From Thermoleophilia bacterium (GTDB lineage Bacteria > Actinomycetota > Thermoleophilia > Gaiellales > Gaiellaceae), in the NCBI GenBank assembly GCA_025929425.1, contig JAICME010000001.1, positions 1-63,136 of the forward strand: a stretch of DNA of 63,136 nucleotides. Reading direction: 5' to 3'. Below the pieces are notes generated by a model. That model saw only the letters and a program-made list of their open reading frames with translations. It was not told the origin of the DNA and made no database searches. Both the position numbers and the translations under genes were made by a program. Numbering within the stretch: position 1 is the stretch's first letter; the number at the start of each line of letters is the position of its first letter. Of this stretch, positions 23,801 to 32,025 are shown one piece after another.

Positions 23801-24146
23801 CATCCGCTACAGCCCGGCCGGCGGCGAGATCGAGCTCTCGGTCGAGCGCTCCGACAACGTCATCCGCTTCAGCGTCCGCGACACCGGCATCGGCATCGAC
23901 ACACGCCACCACCCCCACATCGGGGAGAAGTTCTACCGGGCCGACCCCGAACAGCAGACCGGCGCCGCCGGACTCGGGCTCGGCCTCTACATCTGCCACC
24001 GACTCGCCTCGCTGCTCGACGGCCACCTCTGGTTCGAGTCCAGCGCCGGGGCCGGATCCACGTTCTTCCTCGAGCTCGCAGAGCTGCCTGCAGCGAAGTC
24101 GCACGAGGGCCCCCCGGCGACACCCCCGACCCTGGCGACCCGCTGA
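20808..24146 (+). CDS. Hybrid sensor histidine kinase with two kinase cores (PAS-like - GAF-like - HisKA/HATPase - REC - PAS - HisKA/HATPase)
   Basis: Two H-boxes (NVSHELRTPLT; TVSHELRTPVT). Two G-boxes (HEGSGIGLALV; AAGLGLGLYICHRL). One REC domain (VLIADDNADMR...DLVLSDVMMPRLDG...KPFSAREL). Confidence 0.88.
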   Translation: MTAGEPVERGGSLADLIEARDWSETPVGPMEGWPPSLRTALSICLESRFPILIWWGAEFVMLYNDAYAPLIGSKHPNALGQRGADCFPEIWDIIGPMLAGVRERGESTWSADRLLLLERRGFPEECYFTFSYSPIRDESGAIAGVFTAVAETTSHVIGARRLRILRELTAATGEARTPLDVCTRAADVLRGSESVAFSLAYLFDPDGSVARLAATSDVKKRASVAPRLVPVTDDGSQPWPLASVASGGPSLLLDDVAERVGGGAAADELARRAMVLPLQRGSTAPVGALVLGLNERRPVDDEYLSFLNLVARQVGTAIADAERAEAERKRSEALAELDRAKTLFFTNVSHELRTPLTLILSPLEELLATAEQPVEPRVELELIRRNALRLLRLVNTLLDFSRAESGRIDALFQPTDLAAVTADLASAFRSAVEAARLGLVVDCAPLDEPIWVDREAWEKIVLNLLSNALKFTFAGEIAVSLHLEKDDVVLRVRDTGVGVPAEELPRLFERFHRIKDAAARSHEGSGIGLALVDELTRLHGGNAVVESEVGTGSTFTVRLPRGSAHLPADKLGGPEGTAARSLGAAPYVEEALRWLPGETRPEQAGAAELLRDDLVRESSTPRTANARVLIADDNADMRAYLARLLRRYWQVETVADGEAALARARQSPPDLVLSDVMMPRLDGFGLLRELRADARTSNVPVVLVSARAGTESAIEGLEAGADDYLVKPFSARELVARVRANLELARLRVEAAQLEATAAERARAERVLLTLPEGVFTVDSAGTIDLWNPAAARITGLAGETVVGSPVEQALPGWHGLAPRLALRRGKPTTYPFELAAGEVWLSLVASPYADGTLYAFRDATEAARLEQMRRDVITTVSHELRTPVTSIYGAVATLARDDTPLTESTRGELIEMLHAETERLSRIVNDLLTANSLADDDSRQPAGDCDLTALVERVLGRARERCPDNLQLRKQLPERTDPAGVDEERLEQILDALLDNAIRYSPAGGEIELSVERSDNVIRFSVRDTGIGIDTRHHPHIGEKFYRADPEQQTGAAGLGLGLYICHRLASLLDGHLWFESSAGAGSTFFLELAELPAAKSHEGPPATPPTLATR

Positions 24147-24162
24147 CGAGCCGTACCTGGAC

Positions 24163-24188
24163 GCGGAGGGAGAACGGCCTCCCTCCGC
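24163..24188 (+). terminator. Intrinsic-terminator-like hairpin after the kinase gene
   Basis: GCGGAGGGAG-AACGGC-CTCCCTCCGC, a 10-bp perfect stem 17 nt after the stop, followed by ...GGTTTG. Confidence 0.6.
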
Positions 24189-24334
24189 GCGCCTCCGGTT
24201 TGCGCCGAGTTCCGCGAGCGACGAGCGTCGAGACAGTGCGCTACGTGCCGCGCCCGGCATTGCTTCCGCGCTCTGCGGCTCGGACTGTACGTCTTCCCAG
24301 GATGTAAATAGGCGCGCGCGGGCGGCGGACAACC

Positions 24335-25177
24335 CTAGGTTGCGTGCCGGAGCTTCGCGAGGGCGCGCTCCTCGATCTGACGGACGCGCTCGGCGCTGAC
24401 TCCGAGCCGCTCGCCGACCTCCGAGAGCTTCTCAGCCGCGACGTCGAAGCCGAATCGCGCCTGCACGACCTCCCGCTCCCGCTCTGTTAGCCGTGCCAGC
24501 AGCGCGCGGAGTTGCTCACCGGCGACCGCGTCGACAACGTCTTCATAGGCGTCTGCCGAGAGGGGGTCTTCGAGCAGGTCTCCGAGCGTTCCGAGCTCCC
24601 CTTCCGCGTTGTCGATCGGCTCGTCCAGACTGCGGGAGCGCGCGTCGACGCTCAGGAGCGACTCCGCCTGGTGGAGCTCGATGTTCGTCCGGTCGGCCAG
24701 CTCGCCGATCCTGGCCGAGCGGCGCTCGCCCTGGTAGATCCGCTGATGCTCCGATTTGAGCTGTGAGAGTTGGCGGAGGGCCTTCGGCGGTAGCCGCATC
24801 GGTCGCATGAAGTCGCTGCGCGCCTCCTGGAGGGACTGCCTGATCCACCAGGTGGCGAACGGGGCGAACGGAACTCCCCGGTCGGGATCGAACCGCTGCA
24901 GCGCGCGTAACAGGCCGACGATCCCCTCCTGGAGCAGGTCGGCCTGCTCCAGACCCTCTGTGCGGTAGCGGCGCGCCGTCGAGTGGACAAGCGGAAGCAG
25001 CCGCCGGATCAGCTCCTCCCGCGCCGCCGCGTCGCCGGCCTGGGCGCGACGTGCGAGCGCGTCGGCCTCGTCACCCGAAACCGCCTGCGACGACTCGGCT
25101 TCCGTCCACAGCTTCTGGGCAGCGGCCTCGCCGTCACGCTGGTCGACCCGCCCTGCCAGTTCCCCTTTCACGGCCAC
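24335..25177 (-). CDS. Sigma-70 family RNA polymerase sigma factor (SigB/group 2-3-like)
   Basis: Region 2 is DLLQEGIVGLLRALQRFDPDRGVPFAPFATWWIRQ. Region 4 is LTEREREVVQARFG...LSEVGERLGVSAERVRQIE. Confidence 0.88.
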   Translation of the reverse strand: MAVKGELAGRVDQRDGEAAAQKLWTEAESSQAVSGDEADALARRAQAGDAAAREELIRRLLPLVHSTARRYRTEGLEQADLLQEGIVGLLRALQRFDPDRGVPFAPFATWWIRQSLQEARSDFMRPMRLPPKALRQLSQLKSEHQRIYQGERRSARIGELADRTNIELHQAESLLSVDARSRSLDEPIDNAEGELGTLGDLLEDPLSADAYEDVVDAVAGEQLRALLARLTEREREVVQARFGFDVAAEKLSEVGERLGVSAERVRQIEERALAKLRHAT

Positions 25178-25202
25178 ACCGCGATCGTGCCAAAGAGAGA
25201 TC

Positions 25203-25234
25203 GGGTCGCGGCGGAGCCCGGCTTGCCGCGACCC
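25203..25234 (-). terminator. Intrinsic-terminator-like hairpin downstream of hsp20
   Basis: GGGTCGCGGC - 12 nt - GCCGCGACCC, a 10-bp perfect stem 22 nt after the hsp20 stop. On the minus strand it is followed by TCTCTCTTT. Confidence 0.6.
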
Positions 25235-25255
25235 GTCCCCGGTGTGGCCTGCGAT

Positions 25256-25693
25256 CTACTTCTCGATCGCCTTCTTCCCGTCTCCTCCGATCGTGATCTT
25301 CTTCGGCTTCCGCTCGGCCGGCTTCGGGATTCGCAGCTCGAGAACGCCGTCCTGGTAGCCGGCCTCGATCGAGTCGCTGTCGACGCCCTGCGGAAGGGTG
25401 AGCGTGCGCACGAACGAGCCGTACGGCCGCTCCACGAGCTGGGCCTGCCCTGTCTCGTCCGCAACACGCGAGCCCGAAATCGAGAGCACGCTGTCGTTGA
25501 CCTCCACGTTCACATCGTCGGCCTTCACTCCCGGCAAGTCGACCTTGACCAGGTACTCGTCGACGGTTTCGTGCACGTCGACGAGCGGAGTGAAGCCGGT
25601 CACCCGGTTGCCGTTCCCCGTGCTTCGCATCAACTCGTCCATCAGCCGGAACGGCGCGGCGAGGAACGGATCGCGGATCAACAGGTTCGTCAT
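25256..25693 (-). CDS. Hsp20/alpha-crystallin family small heat-shock protein
   Basis: Start at ATG 25693 (MTNLLIRDPF). The alpha-crystallin core is VDVHETVDEYLVKVDLPGVKADDVNVEV...GVLELRIPK. Confidence 0.88.
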   Translation of the reverse strand: MTNLLIRDPFLAAPFRLMDELMRSTGNGNRVTGFTPLVDVHETVDEYLVKVDLPGVKADDVNVEVNDSVLSISGSRVADETGQAQLVERPYGSFVRTLTLPQGVDSDSIEAGYQDGVLELRIPKPAERKPKKITIGGDGKKAIEK

Positions 25694-25775
25694 TCCACAC
25701 CTCCAGTCCGAAGATTCGGTTTTCGTGAGATTCAGTAGGCCCCGGTGGGCGGCATTCAAGCCCTGCTCGGCGAGA

Positions 25776-26147
25776 TCACCAGCCGGAGCGCAGCCACGAA
25801 AGGGCGATGAGAAGCATCTCCTCGAGATCTCCCCGTGGGGCTTGGTCGGTCACTGCAGGCACACGCCCACCCAGGACCACGTGCCGTGAGCCTGGAGCCG
25901 CGTAGCGAACCGATCCTCCCGGCGGATCGGGAGGCCGCGACCGGTCGTACAGCGCGCGACGACCCGGGTCGCGCAGCTCGTCATAGGCATCGGTGACGGC
26001 TTGGAACCGCTCGGCCGATCCCACGCCGCCGCTGTCGGGATGGCTGGCGCGCGCGGCGCGCCTGTACGCACGGGCGATCTCCGCGGCCGACGCCCGCCGG
26101 GACACACCGAGGACGACGTACGGATCCTCGGGCTCACGACTCGTCAT
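25776..26147 (-). CDS. J-domain-only DnaJ-like protein
   Basis: DPYVVLGVSRRASAAEIARAYRRAARASHPD contains the HPD tripeptide. 123 aa, with no Zn-finger or C-terminal domains. Confidence 0.8.
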   Translation of the reverse strand: MTSREPEDPYVVLGVSRRASAAEIARAYRRAARASHPDSGGVGSAERFQAVTDAYDELRDPGRRALYDRSRPPDPPGGSVRYAAPGSRHVVLGGRVPAVTDQAPRGDLEEMLLIALSWLRSGW

Positions 26148-26230
26148 CAGAACTCCACCTCTCTCCTAAGTACACCCGACCTCGATGCAGTCCAGCCGGA
26201 CTGCAGCCGCTGAAGCAGGCCTTCAAGGAA

Positions 26231-27913
26231 ATGGCCACGCCGGCCGATGTGGGGCCAATGGGTTCCGTTTCGGAGCGCGTGCGGCCTGCTCCGTCAGCGC
26301 CGATCGCCGTTGCGGCACGAGCATTCGGAGATAGCTATCCGGTGTTGGTGCCCCAGCGGCCACTCCGCGCTGCGGCGATCGTGCTCGCCGCCGCGAGCGT
26401 CTGGTACGTGCCATGGCTGCTGAGCTCGCTGAACTCAGGGGCCCTCTGGATCGCCTGGCCGTTCGCCGTGGCGAACCTCTTCACCATCGCAACCGGGCTG
26501 CTGAGCGTGGCGAACTCGTGGCGCCGCGAGGCACCGAAGCCGAGACCGCTGGCCGCAGCCGCGGAAGCGCCCCTCATCGGCGTCCTCATTCCGACCTGTG
26601 GCGAGCCCGTCCCGATGATCCTGCGCACGATCCAGTCGGTGCTCGAGCAGGACTGGCCGCACGAGCGGATGGTCGTCGTCGTCAGCGACGACGCCGCGGA
26701 TCCCGTGCTGCGAGATGCGCTCGAGGACTGGCCTGTTCTCTACCACTTGCCGCCGCCGCGCTGGGCTCCGGGGCGCGACGGCGCCGCGAAAGCCGGCAAT
26801 CTCAACTCCGCCCTTCAGTTCCTGCGCGAGCAGCATCCGGAGGTTGCGTACGTCGAAACCAGAGATGCCGACGATGAGCTCGGTTCGACGTCGTTCCTGC
26901 GCCAGTGCACGGGTCAACTCGAGCACGACCCGCACCTCGCATTCGTGCAGACGATCAAGGAGGCGCAGGTCGCTGCCGGTGATCCGTTCAACAATCGCGA
27001 AGCAGTCTTCTACCGAAGTCAGATGCTCGCCCGGAACGCGGCCAACGCCGTCTTCCCATGCGGCTCCGGTGTGGTCTGGCGGGAGACGGCGCTGGCGGAG
27101 ATCGGCGACTTCCCGACCTGGAACCTCGTCGAGGATCTGCAATCGGGGGTCGAGGCGCTGCGGCGTGGCTGGCGCGGCCTCTACCTGCCGATCGTGGGAG
27201 CGGTGCCACAGCACTCCCCTCACGACGTCCCCAACTTCTACAAGCAGCGTGGCACCTGGGCGCTCGACACCACCCGTCTCGTCGTCTGGGGCAACCTCGA
27301 CGGTTTGAACATCCGGCAGAAGCTCCAGTTCCTCGAGCTTCTCTTCTTCTATCTGGCCAGCTTCACGGTCCCCATCTATCTGATCGCGCTTCTCGGCGCC
27401 CTGCTGGGCTTCCCCCCGCTCGCCGCCGGCGGTCTGGACTTCGCCGTCCACATGGTTCCGCTCGTCGTCGCGACGGAACTCTGGCTGTTCGTCCTCAACA
27501 CGCCTTTCAACGACCGCCGGACGCGACAGAGGCGTCCCTATCGCGAGCTCTGGAAAGTCCGCACGATGTGGGCAGGTCTGGCGCCCGTCTTCATGAAGGC
27601 GGTGGCGCAGGGCCTGATCGGCGGTCCGAACCGAAAGCCGGTGTACCGCGTGACGCTCAAGAGCGACGACACCCGCTGGCACTGGCGTCACACCCTTCCG
27701 CAGACGGTCGTCGTGATGACCCTCGCCGTCGTCGCGATCACCGCGATCCGCTTCCATACCTACCCCAACGTCACCCTGCTCGTGGGCAGCGTCTACTGGG
27801 GCGCCTTGAACATCGTTCTTCTGGCGAACTTCATCAGCCGCAGCTGGCACGGCATGCGCGTTGCGCGCACGATTCTCGGACGCCGACGCGCGGAAGTCTC
27901 GCCGGCAGCCTAG
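26231..27913 (+). CDS. Family 2 glycosyltransferase, processive cellulose-synthase-like, membrane-embedded
   Basis: GT2 signatures are LIPTCGEP, VVVVSDDAADP, ETRDADDE and a Q(R/Q)xRW-like KQRGTWAL. TM helices flank the domain on both sides. Confidence 0.8.
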   Translation: MATPADVGPMGSVSERVRPAPSAPIAVAARAFGDSYPVLVPQRPLRAAAIVLAAASVWYVPWLLSSLNSGALWIAWPFAVANLFTIATGLLSVANSWRREAPKPRPLAAAAEAPLIGVLIPTCGEPVPMILRTIQSVLEQDWPHERMVVVVSDDAADPVLRDALEDWPVLYHLPPPRWAPGRDGAAKAGNLNSALQFLREQHPEVAYVETRDADDELGSTSFLRQCTGQLEHDPHLAFVQTIKEAQVAAGDPFNNREAVFYRSQMLARNAANAVFPCGSGVVWRETALAEIGDFPTWNLVEDLQSGVEALRRGWRGLYLPIVGAVPQHSPHDVPNFYKQRGTWALDTTRLVVWGNLDGLNIRQKLQFLELLFFYLASFTVPIYLIALLGALLGFPPLAAGGLDFAVHMVPLVVATELWLFVLNTPFNDRRTRQRRPYRELWKVRTMWAGLAPVFMKAVAQGLIGGPNRKPVYRVTLKSDDTRWHWRHTLPQTVVVMTLAVVAITAIRFHTYPNVTLLVGSVYWGALNIVLLANFISRSWHGMRVARTILGRRRAEVSPAA

Positions 27914-28329
27914 GAACGCGTCGACCGGCCGACGAGCGCGCCGAGCACGGCGCCGAAGATCGCATGGCCGACGACCTCCTGGGCGGCGACCCGCGGGCTG
28001 CGAACGAGCGGCGGCCACGCACCGTCGCGGCGGTCGGGATGGATCCTGTCGACGATCGCCATCGCAGGCCACGCAAGCGTGTTCTCGACCTCTGCCGCGA
28101 CGATTCCGGCCTTCACGCCCTGCAACCCGAGCCGCTCGAATGCCACCCCGAAGGCCGCACCGTTCGCCACATGGAGAGCGAGGCCCGCTACGGGCCAGGC
28201 CCGGCCTCGGGTGGCGAATCTGCCGAGCAGCCGGGCATTCGAGTACGTCGTGCCGGTCAGCCTCCGCAGGACCGGCTCGCTCGCCGACCACGCCACAGCA
28301 GCGGCCGCCCCTGCAGCCGCGCCCCTCAC
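27910..28329 (-). CDS. Hypothetical membrane protein
   Basis: Start set at GTG 28329, which makes a GTGA overlap with the upstream cupin gene. The ORF-track start at 28413 would overlap by 88 nt. Hydrophobic segments are present. Confidence 0.45.
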   Translation of the reverse strand: MRGAAAGAAAAVAWSASEPVLRRLTGTTYSNARLLGRFATRGRAWPVAGLALHVANGAAFGVAFERLGLQGVKAGIVAAEVENTLAWPAMAIVDRIHPDRRDGAWPPLVRSPRVAAQEVVGHAIFGAVLGALVGRSTRS

Positions 28330-28949
28330 TCGCCGTCCTCGCACGGCACGTTGACGTAACCGGAGCGGAACGGGGTCGCCTCGCCGGAAGCGGGGTCGAA
28401 CGCGTGACGCCACACGCAGCCCGTGTCGTTCGTCAGGAGGTGGATCGAGACGGAGGTCTCGGTAGACGTCGTGCGCACCCGGTGGATGTCGTCGCGCGGC
28501 GGGATCAGGGCATAGAAATCGCCCGGGAGGAGACCGCGCCGCTCGACGAGCTCGAGCGTCCCGTCTCGCTGCGCGTAGATCTCCTCGTCCTGCTCACCGC
28601 GGTAGAGGCCGACCAGCCCCCAGGCGAGGTGGTCGTGGATCGGTGTCGCGGAGCCCGACGGGACGACGAGGGAGAAGAGCGACAACGACTGGTCCGCGGC
28701 GCGGTAGAGGAGCCACTGGCCGATGCCCCCTCCCATCCCGCTCTCCGGCGCGGCGGCCTGGTACTCGGCGGGGAGCCAGTCGGGGTCGGCCAGCAGCTCC
28801 GCGAACCGCGGCCTGAGCATGTCGCATGCGTGCTCCGGCGAGGAGGCTGCCGAGATCGTCGTCTTGACGTCCGAGACGAACGCTCGCACGGTCGCCGTGT
28901 CGATAACGAACTCATGGTCCACGACTCCCAATTCTGCAGCGATCCCCAT
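28326..28949 (-). CDS. Cysteine dioxygenase type I-like cupin protein
   Basis: SGSATPIHDHLAWGLVGLYRGEQDEEIY and VSIHLL are cupin metal-site strings. Confidence 0.65.
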   Translation of the reverse strand: MGIAAELGVVDHEFVIDTATVRAFVSDVKTTISAASSPEHACDMLRPRFAELLADPDWLPAEYQAAAPESGMGGGIGQWLLYRAADQSLSLFSLVVPSGSATPIHDHLAWGLVGLYRGEQDEEIYAQRDGTLELVERRGLLPGDFYALIPPRDDIHRVRTTSTETSVSIHLLTNDTGCVWRHAFDPASGEATPFRSGYVNVPCEDGE

Positions 28950-29141
28950 GCAGCTGCGGTCTGGTCGGGCCTCGATCCGCTCGCGCTCGGACCCTCAGAC
29001 GCCGCGCGACGAAAGGAGGGCGTGGCGCAGTTCGGCGAGGCCGCCAGACGCTCCGCCTCGAGACGCTCGAGCAGGTGACGCACGTGCGGGTCGGCGAGCC
29101 ACGCCCGTGACGCGGCTGCGCTGATCGCCGGCTTCGCCGAC

Positions 29142-32003
29142 TCAGCGTGACGCGACGTCGTCGGCCGCGCGGAGCGAGTCGAGCGACCGGCGAATCTCGT
29201 GCGTGAGGATCGCGTACATCGTGGGCTCGATGATCTCGAGCGCCTGACGGAACGCGGACTCCGCGCTCTCGGTGCGACCCTGCGCCGCCAGGACGAGCCC
29301 GCGCGCGTGCAGCAACGAGGCGCGCGTCCAGACGTCGTCACGGCCTACACGCCGCTCGGCGTCGGCGACCAGCCGGTCGGCCTCGTCGACCTTGCCCTGC
29401 TCGACGAGCACCTCGGCGAGTCCGCGCTCCGCCTCGACGAGGAAACCCTGCTCATGCGTCTTCCGCAGCCGCCGCACGGCTTCGCGGAACGTCTTCTCCG
29501 CGAGAGGAAGCTCGCCCCGCTGGCAGTAGACCGACGCGAGGTTGGACAGCGTCCAGCCGTAGCGGCCGGCGGCTCCGATCTCCTCGAAGATCTCCAGCGC
29601 CTCACGCAGATAGCGCTCGGCCTCGTCGGACTCGTTCTCGCCGAAGCGCCGCCCGTGGACGGCGAGTGCGTAGCCCATCGCCTCGCGGCTGCCACTCGAT
29701 TCCGCGAGCGACTCCGCCTCCTCCAGCAGCGCGACAGCGCCGGCGGTGTCGCCCCGCACGCCCGCGATCGCGGACAGCTGGGTGCGCGCGAGACTCTCGA
29801 GCTCGGGCCGCCCGGCCCTGTGGGCCAGATCGAGCATCGCCTCGCCATGACGCGTGGCGCCTTCCCCGTCGCCGAGCCACCAGAAGATCATCGTGATCAA
29901 CGCGTGCGCGTCGTAGAGCCCCGCAGGCTCGTCCTCGGGGAGGATCGCGAGTGCCTCGTCGGCGAGGTCGTGCGCCCGCTCGACGTCTCCCTCCGAGTGG
30001 AGCGCCAGGTCTGCGAGGAGGACGAGTGCGCGACCCTCGACGTCATGCCTGCCCACCGCACGTGCTTCGGCGAGCGCCTCCTCCGCCTCGTCGCCGACCG
30101 TCGGAACGTCGGCGAGGCGCCACGCCGCGTGGGCGGCGAGGTAGCGCCGTTCCGGACTCGGGTCGAGCTCGACCGCTCGCAGCAACGTCCGGCGCGCGAC
30201 ACCCAGAGCCCCGCGCCGCAGGGCGCGCCGGCCTGCTTCCTCCAGCGCCGTAGCCGTCGACAGTGCGAGATCCGCCGGAACGGCGCCGTCGAGCTCGGTG
30301 AGCAGATCGGTCGCCTGCTCGAGGTGGTGGGCCCTGATCTCGGCCAGCTCGTCGCGGGCGCGCTCCTCGACCCAGGCGGCGAAAGCCTGGTGCTCCTGCG
30401 CGCGGCGGACCTTGCTCATGCCGCTGTAGGCGACGTCACGGATCAGACCGTGCTTGAAGCGGAAGGCGACCTCGCCCGCGATCGTCGAGTGCTCCTCGCA
30501 GACGAGGAACTCGCGGCTGCAGAGCGCCTCGAGCAGCTCGGCGACCTCGAGGTCCGGGGCGAGCGACTCGAGAGCGCCCTGCCAGAAGACGCGACCGACG
30601 AGCGCCGCGCTCTGCAAGACATGCTTCTCTCCGGCCGCGAGACCGTCGATCCGGGCCGCGATCAGCGCCTGCAATGTCTCGGGGATGCCGTCGAGGCCAC
30701 AACCCTCGCGGAGCGCCTGCACGATCTCCTCGAGGAAGAGCGGATTTCCCTCGGCCCGCTCGAGCAGCGGCCCGCGCTCCCCCGCCGGCACGTTGCCCCG
30801 GCTCAGGAGAGCATCCGCGAGTTCTCCGCTCTCGGTTCCGTCGAGCGGGGCGAGATCGATCGCCGTCGCGGTACGGATGCCGCCGCCCCACGCGGGGCGC
30901 GCGTCGAGCAGCTCGGGGCGCGCGAGGGCGATGATCAGCACGGGAACTTCGCGCAGGGAACGGGCGAGGTGCTCGATCACGTCGAGCAACGGCTCCTCGG
31001 CCCAATGGACGTCCTCGAACACGAGGACGAGCGGCTGCGCGTCGGCGAGCTGCTCGGCCCAGCGCAGCGCCGCCCAGCTCAGCTGCCCAGGCTGATGCTC
31101 TCCTCCCTCCGCGGCGCCGAGCACACCCAGCGCCGCGCCGAGCAGGTCGGCAACCGCCTCGCTCTCGCAGCAGGCACGCAGCTTCTCGAATGCCTCGTTC
31201 GCGGGGTCGTCGTCGCGGATCCCGGCGCTCGCCTTGATCATCGAGGCGAGCGGCCAGTAGGTCACGCCCTCGCCATAGGGGAGCGTCCGCCCATAGAGCG
31301 TCGTCGCGCGCTCCAGGCCCGCGGTGAACTCGTTGATCAGGCGCGTCTTGCCGAGCCCCGGCTCGCCGAAAACGGTCAGGAGCTGCGCGCGCCGATCCTT
31401 GACGGCGCGCGAGAACGAGTTCTCGAGCAGCTCGAGCTCAGGCTCCCGGCCGATGAACGGCGCCGCGTCGAGCCGGCTCGAGTCATGCGCCCGGATCGCC
31501 CGCCAGGTCCACAGCGGCTCCGTGCGCCCCTTGACCTCGAGCGGCCCCGCATCGTCGACCTCGACCGCGCTTGCCGCGAGACGGCGGGCCGCTGAGCCGA
31601 GCAGGATCTCGCCCGGCTGCGCCGCCTGCTGCAGGCGAGCGGCGAGATTGACCGCCTCCCCCGTCGCGAAGGTCGAGTCGCTGTCCCCGATCACGATCTC
31701 GCCCGACTCGACGCCGATGCGAACGGAGAGCTGAAGCTCCTCGACCTTCGGCACGATCTCGAGTGCGGCCCGGACGGCGCGCTCGGCGTCGTCCTCGTGG
31801 GCGATCGGAACGCCGAAGGCCGCCATCACCGCGTCGCCCGCGAACTTCTCGACGGTTCCTCCGTGAGCCTCGATGCGACTCGCGACGACGTCGAAGTACC
31901 GCTCGACGCGCCGGCGGACCACTTCGGGATCTGCGCTCGCGACCAGGCCCGTCGAGTCGACGAGATCGGCGAAGAGGACGGTGGCTACCTTGCGTTCGAC
32001 CAT
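29142..32003 (-). CDS. Class III adenylate/guanylate cyclase fused to STAND-type P-loop ATPase and TPR-like repeats
   Basis: Start at ATG 32003 (MVERKVATVLFADLVDSTG...GGTVEKFAGDAVMAAFG). P-loop is FGEPGLGKTRL. The long C-terminal region has helical repeats. The 103-codon upstream extension in the ORF track is Arg/Ser junk. Confidence 0.85.
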   Translation of the reverse strand: MVERKVATVLFADLVDSTGLVASADPEVVRRRVERYFDVVASRIEAHGGTVEKFAGDAVMAAFGVPIAHEDDAERAVRAALEIVPKVEELQLSVRIGVESGEIVIGDSDSTFATGEAVNLAARLQQAAQPGEILLGSAARRLAASAVEVDDAGPLEVKGRTEPLWTWRAIRAHDSSRLDAAPFIGREPELELLENSFSRAVKDRRAQLLTVFGEPGLGKTRLINEFTAGLERATTLYGRTLPYGEGVTYWPLASMIKASAGIRDDDPANEAFEKLRACCESEAVADLLGAALGVLGAAEGGEHQPGQLSWAALRWAEQLADAQPLVLVFEDVHWAEEPLLDVIEHLARSLREVPVLIIALARPELLDARPAWGGGIRTATAIDLAPLDGTESGELADALLSRGNVPAGERGPLLERAEGNPLFLEEIVQALREGCGLDGIPETLQALIAARIDGLAAGEKHVLQSAALVGRVFWQGALESLAPDLEVAELLEALCSREFLVCEEHSTIAGEVAFRFKHGLIRDVAYSGMSKVRRAQEHQAFAAWVEERARDELAEIRAHHLEQATDLLTELDGAVPADLALSTATALEEAGRRALRRGALGVARRTLLRAVELDPSPERRYLAAHAAWRLADVPTVGDEAEEALAEARAVGRHDVEGRALVLLADLALHSEGDVERAHDLADEALAILPEDEPAGLYDAHALITMIFWWLGDGEGATRHGEAMLDLAHRAGRPELESLARTQLSAIAGVRGDTAGAVALLEEAESLAESSGSREAMGYALAVHGRRFGENESDEAERYLREALEIFEEIGAAGRYGWTLSNLASVYCQRGELPLAEKTFREAVRRLRKTHEQGFLVEAERGLAEVLVEQGKVDEADRLVADAERRVGRDDVWTRASLLHARGLVLAAQGRTESAESAFRQALEIIEPTMYAILTHEIRRSLDSLRAADDVASR

Positions 32004-32025
32004 GGTCGAATCGTACGGGCCGCGG

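Noticed and set aside
20766-31595. Many very long alternative-frame or antisense ORFs in the track. Examples are 20766..21857, 21200..22537, 22133..24307 (724 aa), 22464..23552, 26435..28291 (618 aa) and 29199..31595 (798 aa). Elsewhere there are 42..650, 599..1564, 5026..6153, 5340..6347, 43023..44450, 46944..48095, 48985..50556, 54180..56084 and 60234..62198.
   Set aside because: All are Arg/Ala/Pro/Gly-rich translations overlapping genes with clear family signatures in another frame. They are the expected stop-codon-poor shadow frames of roughly 70% G+C DNA.
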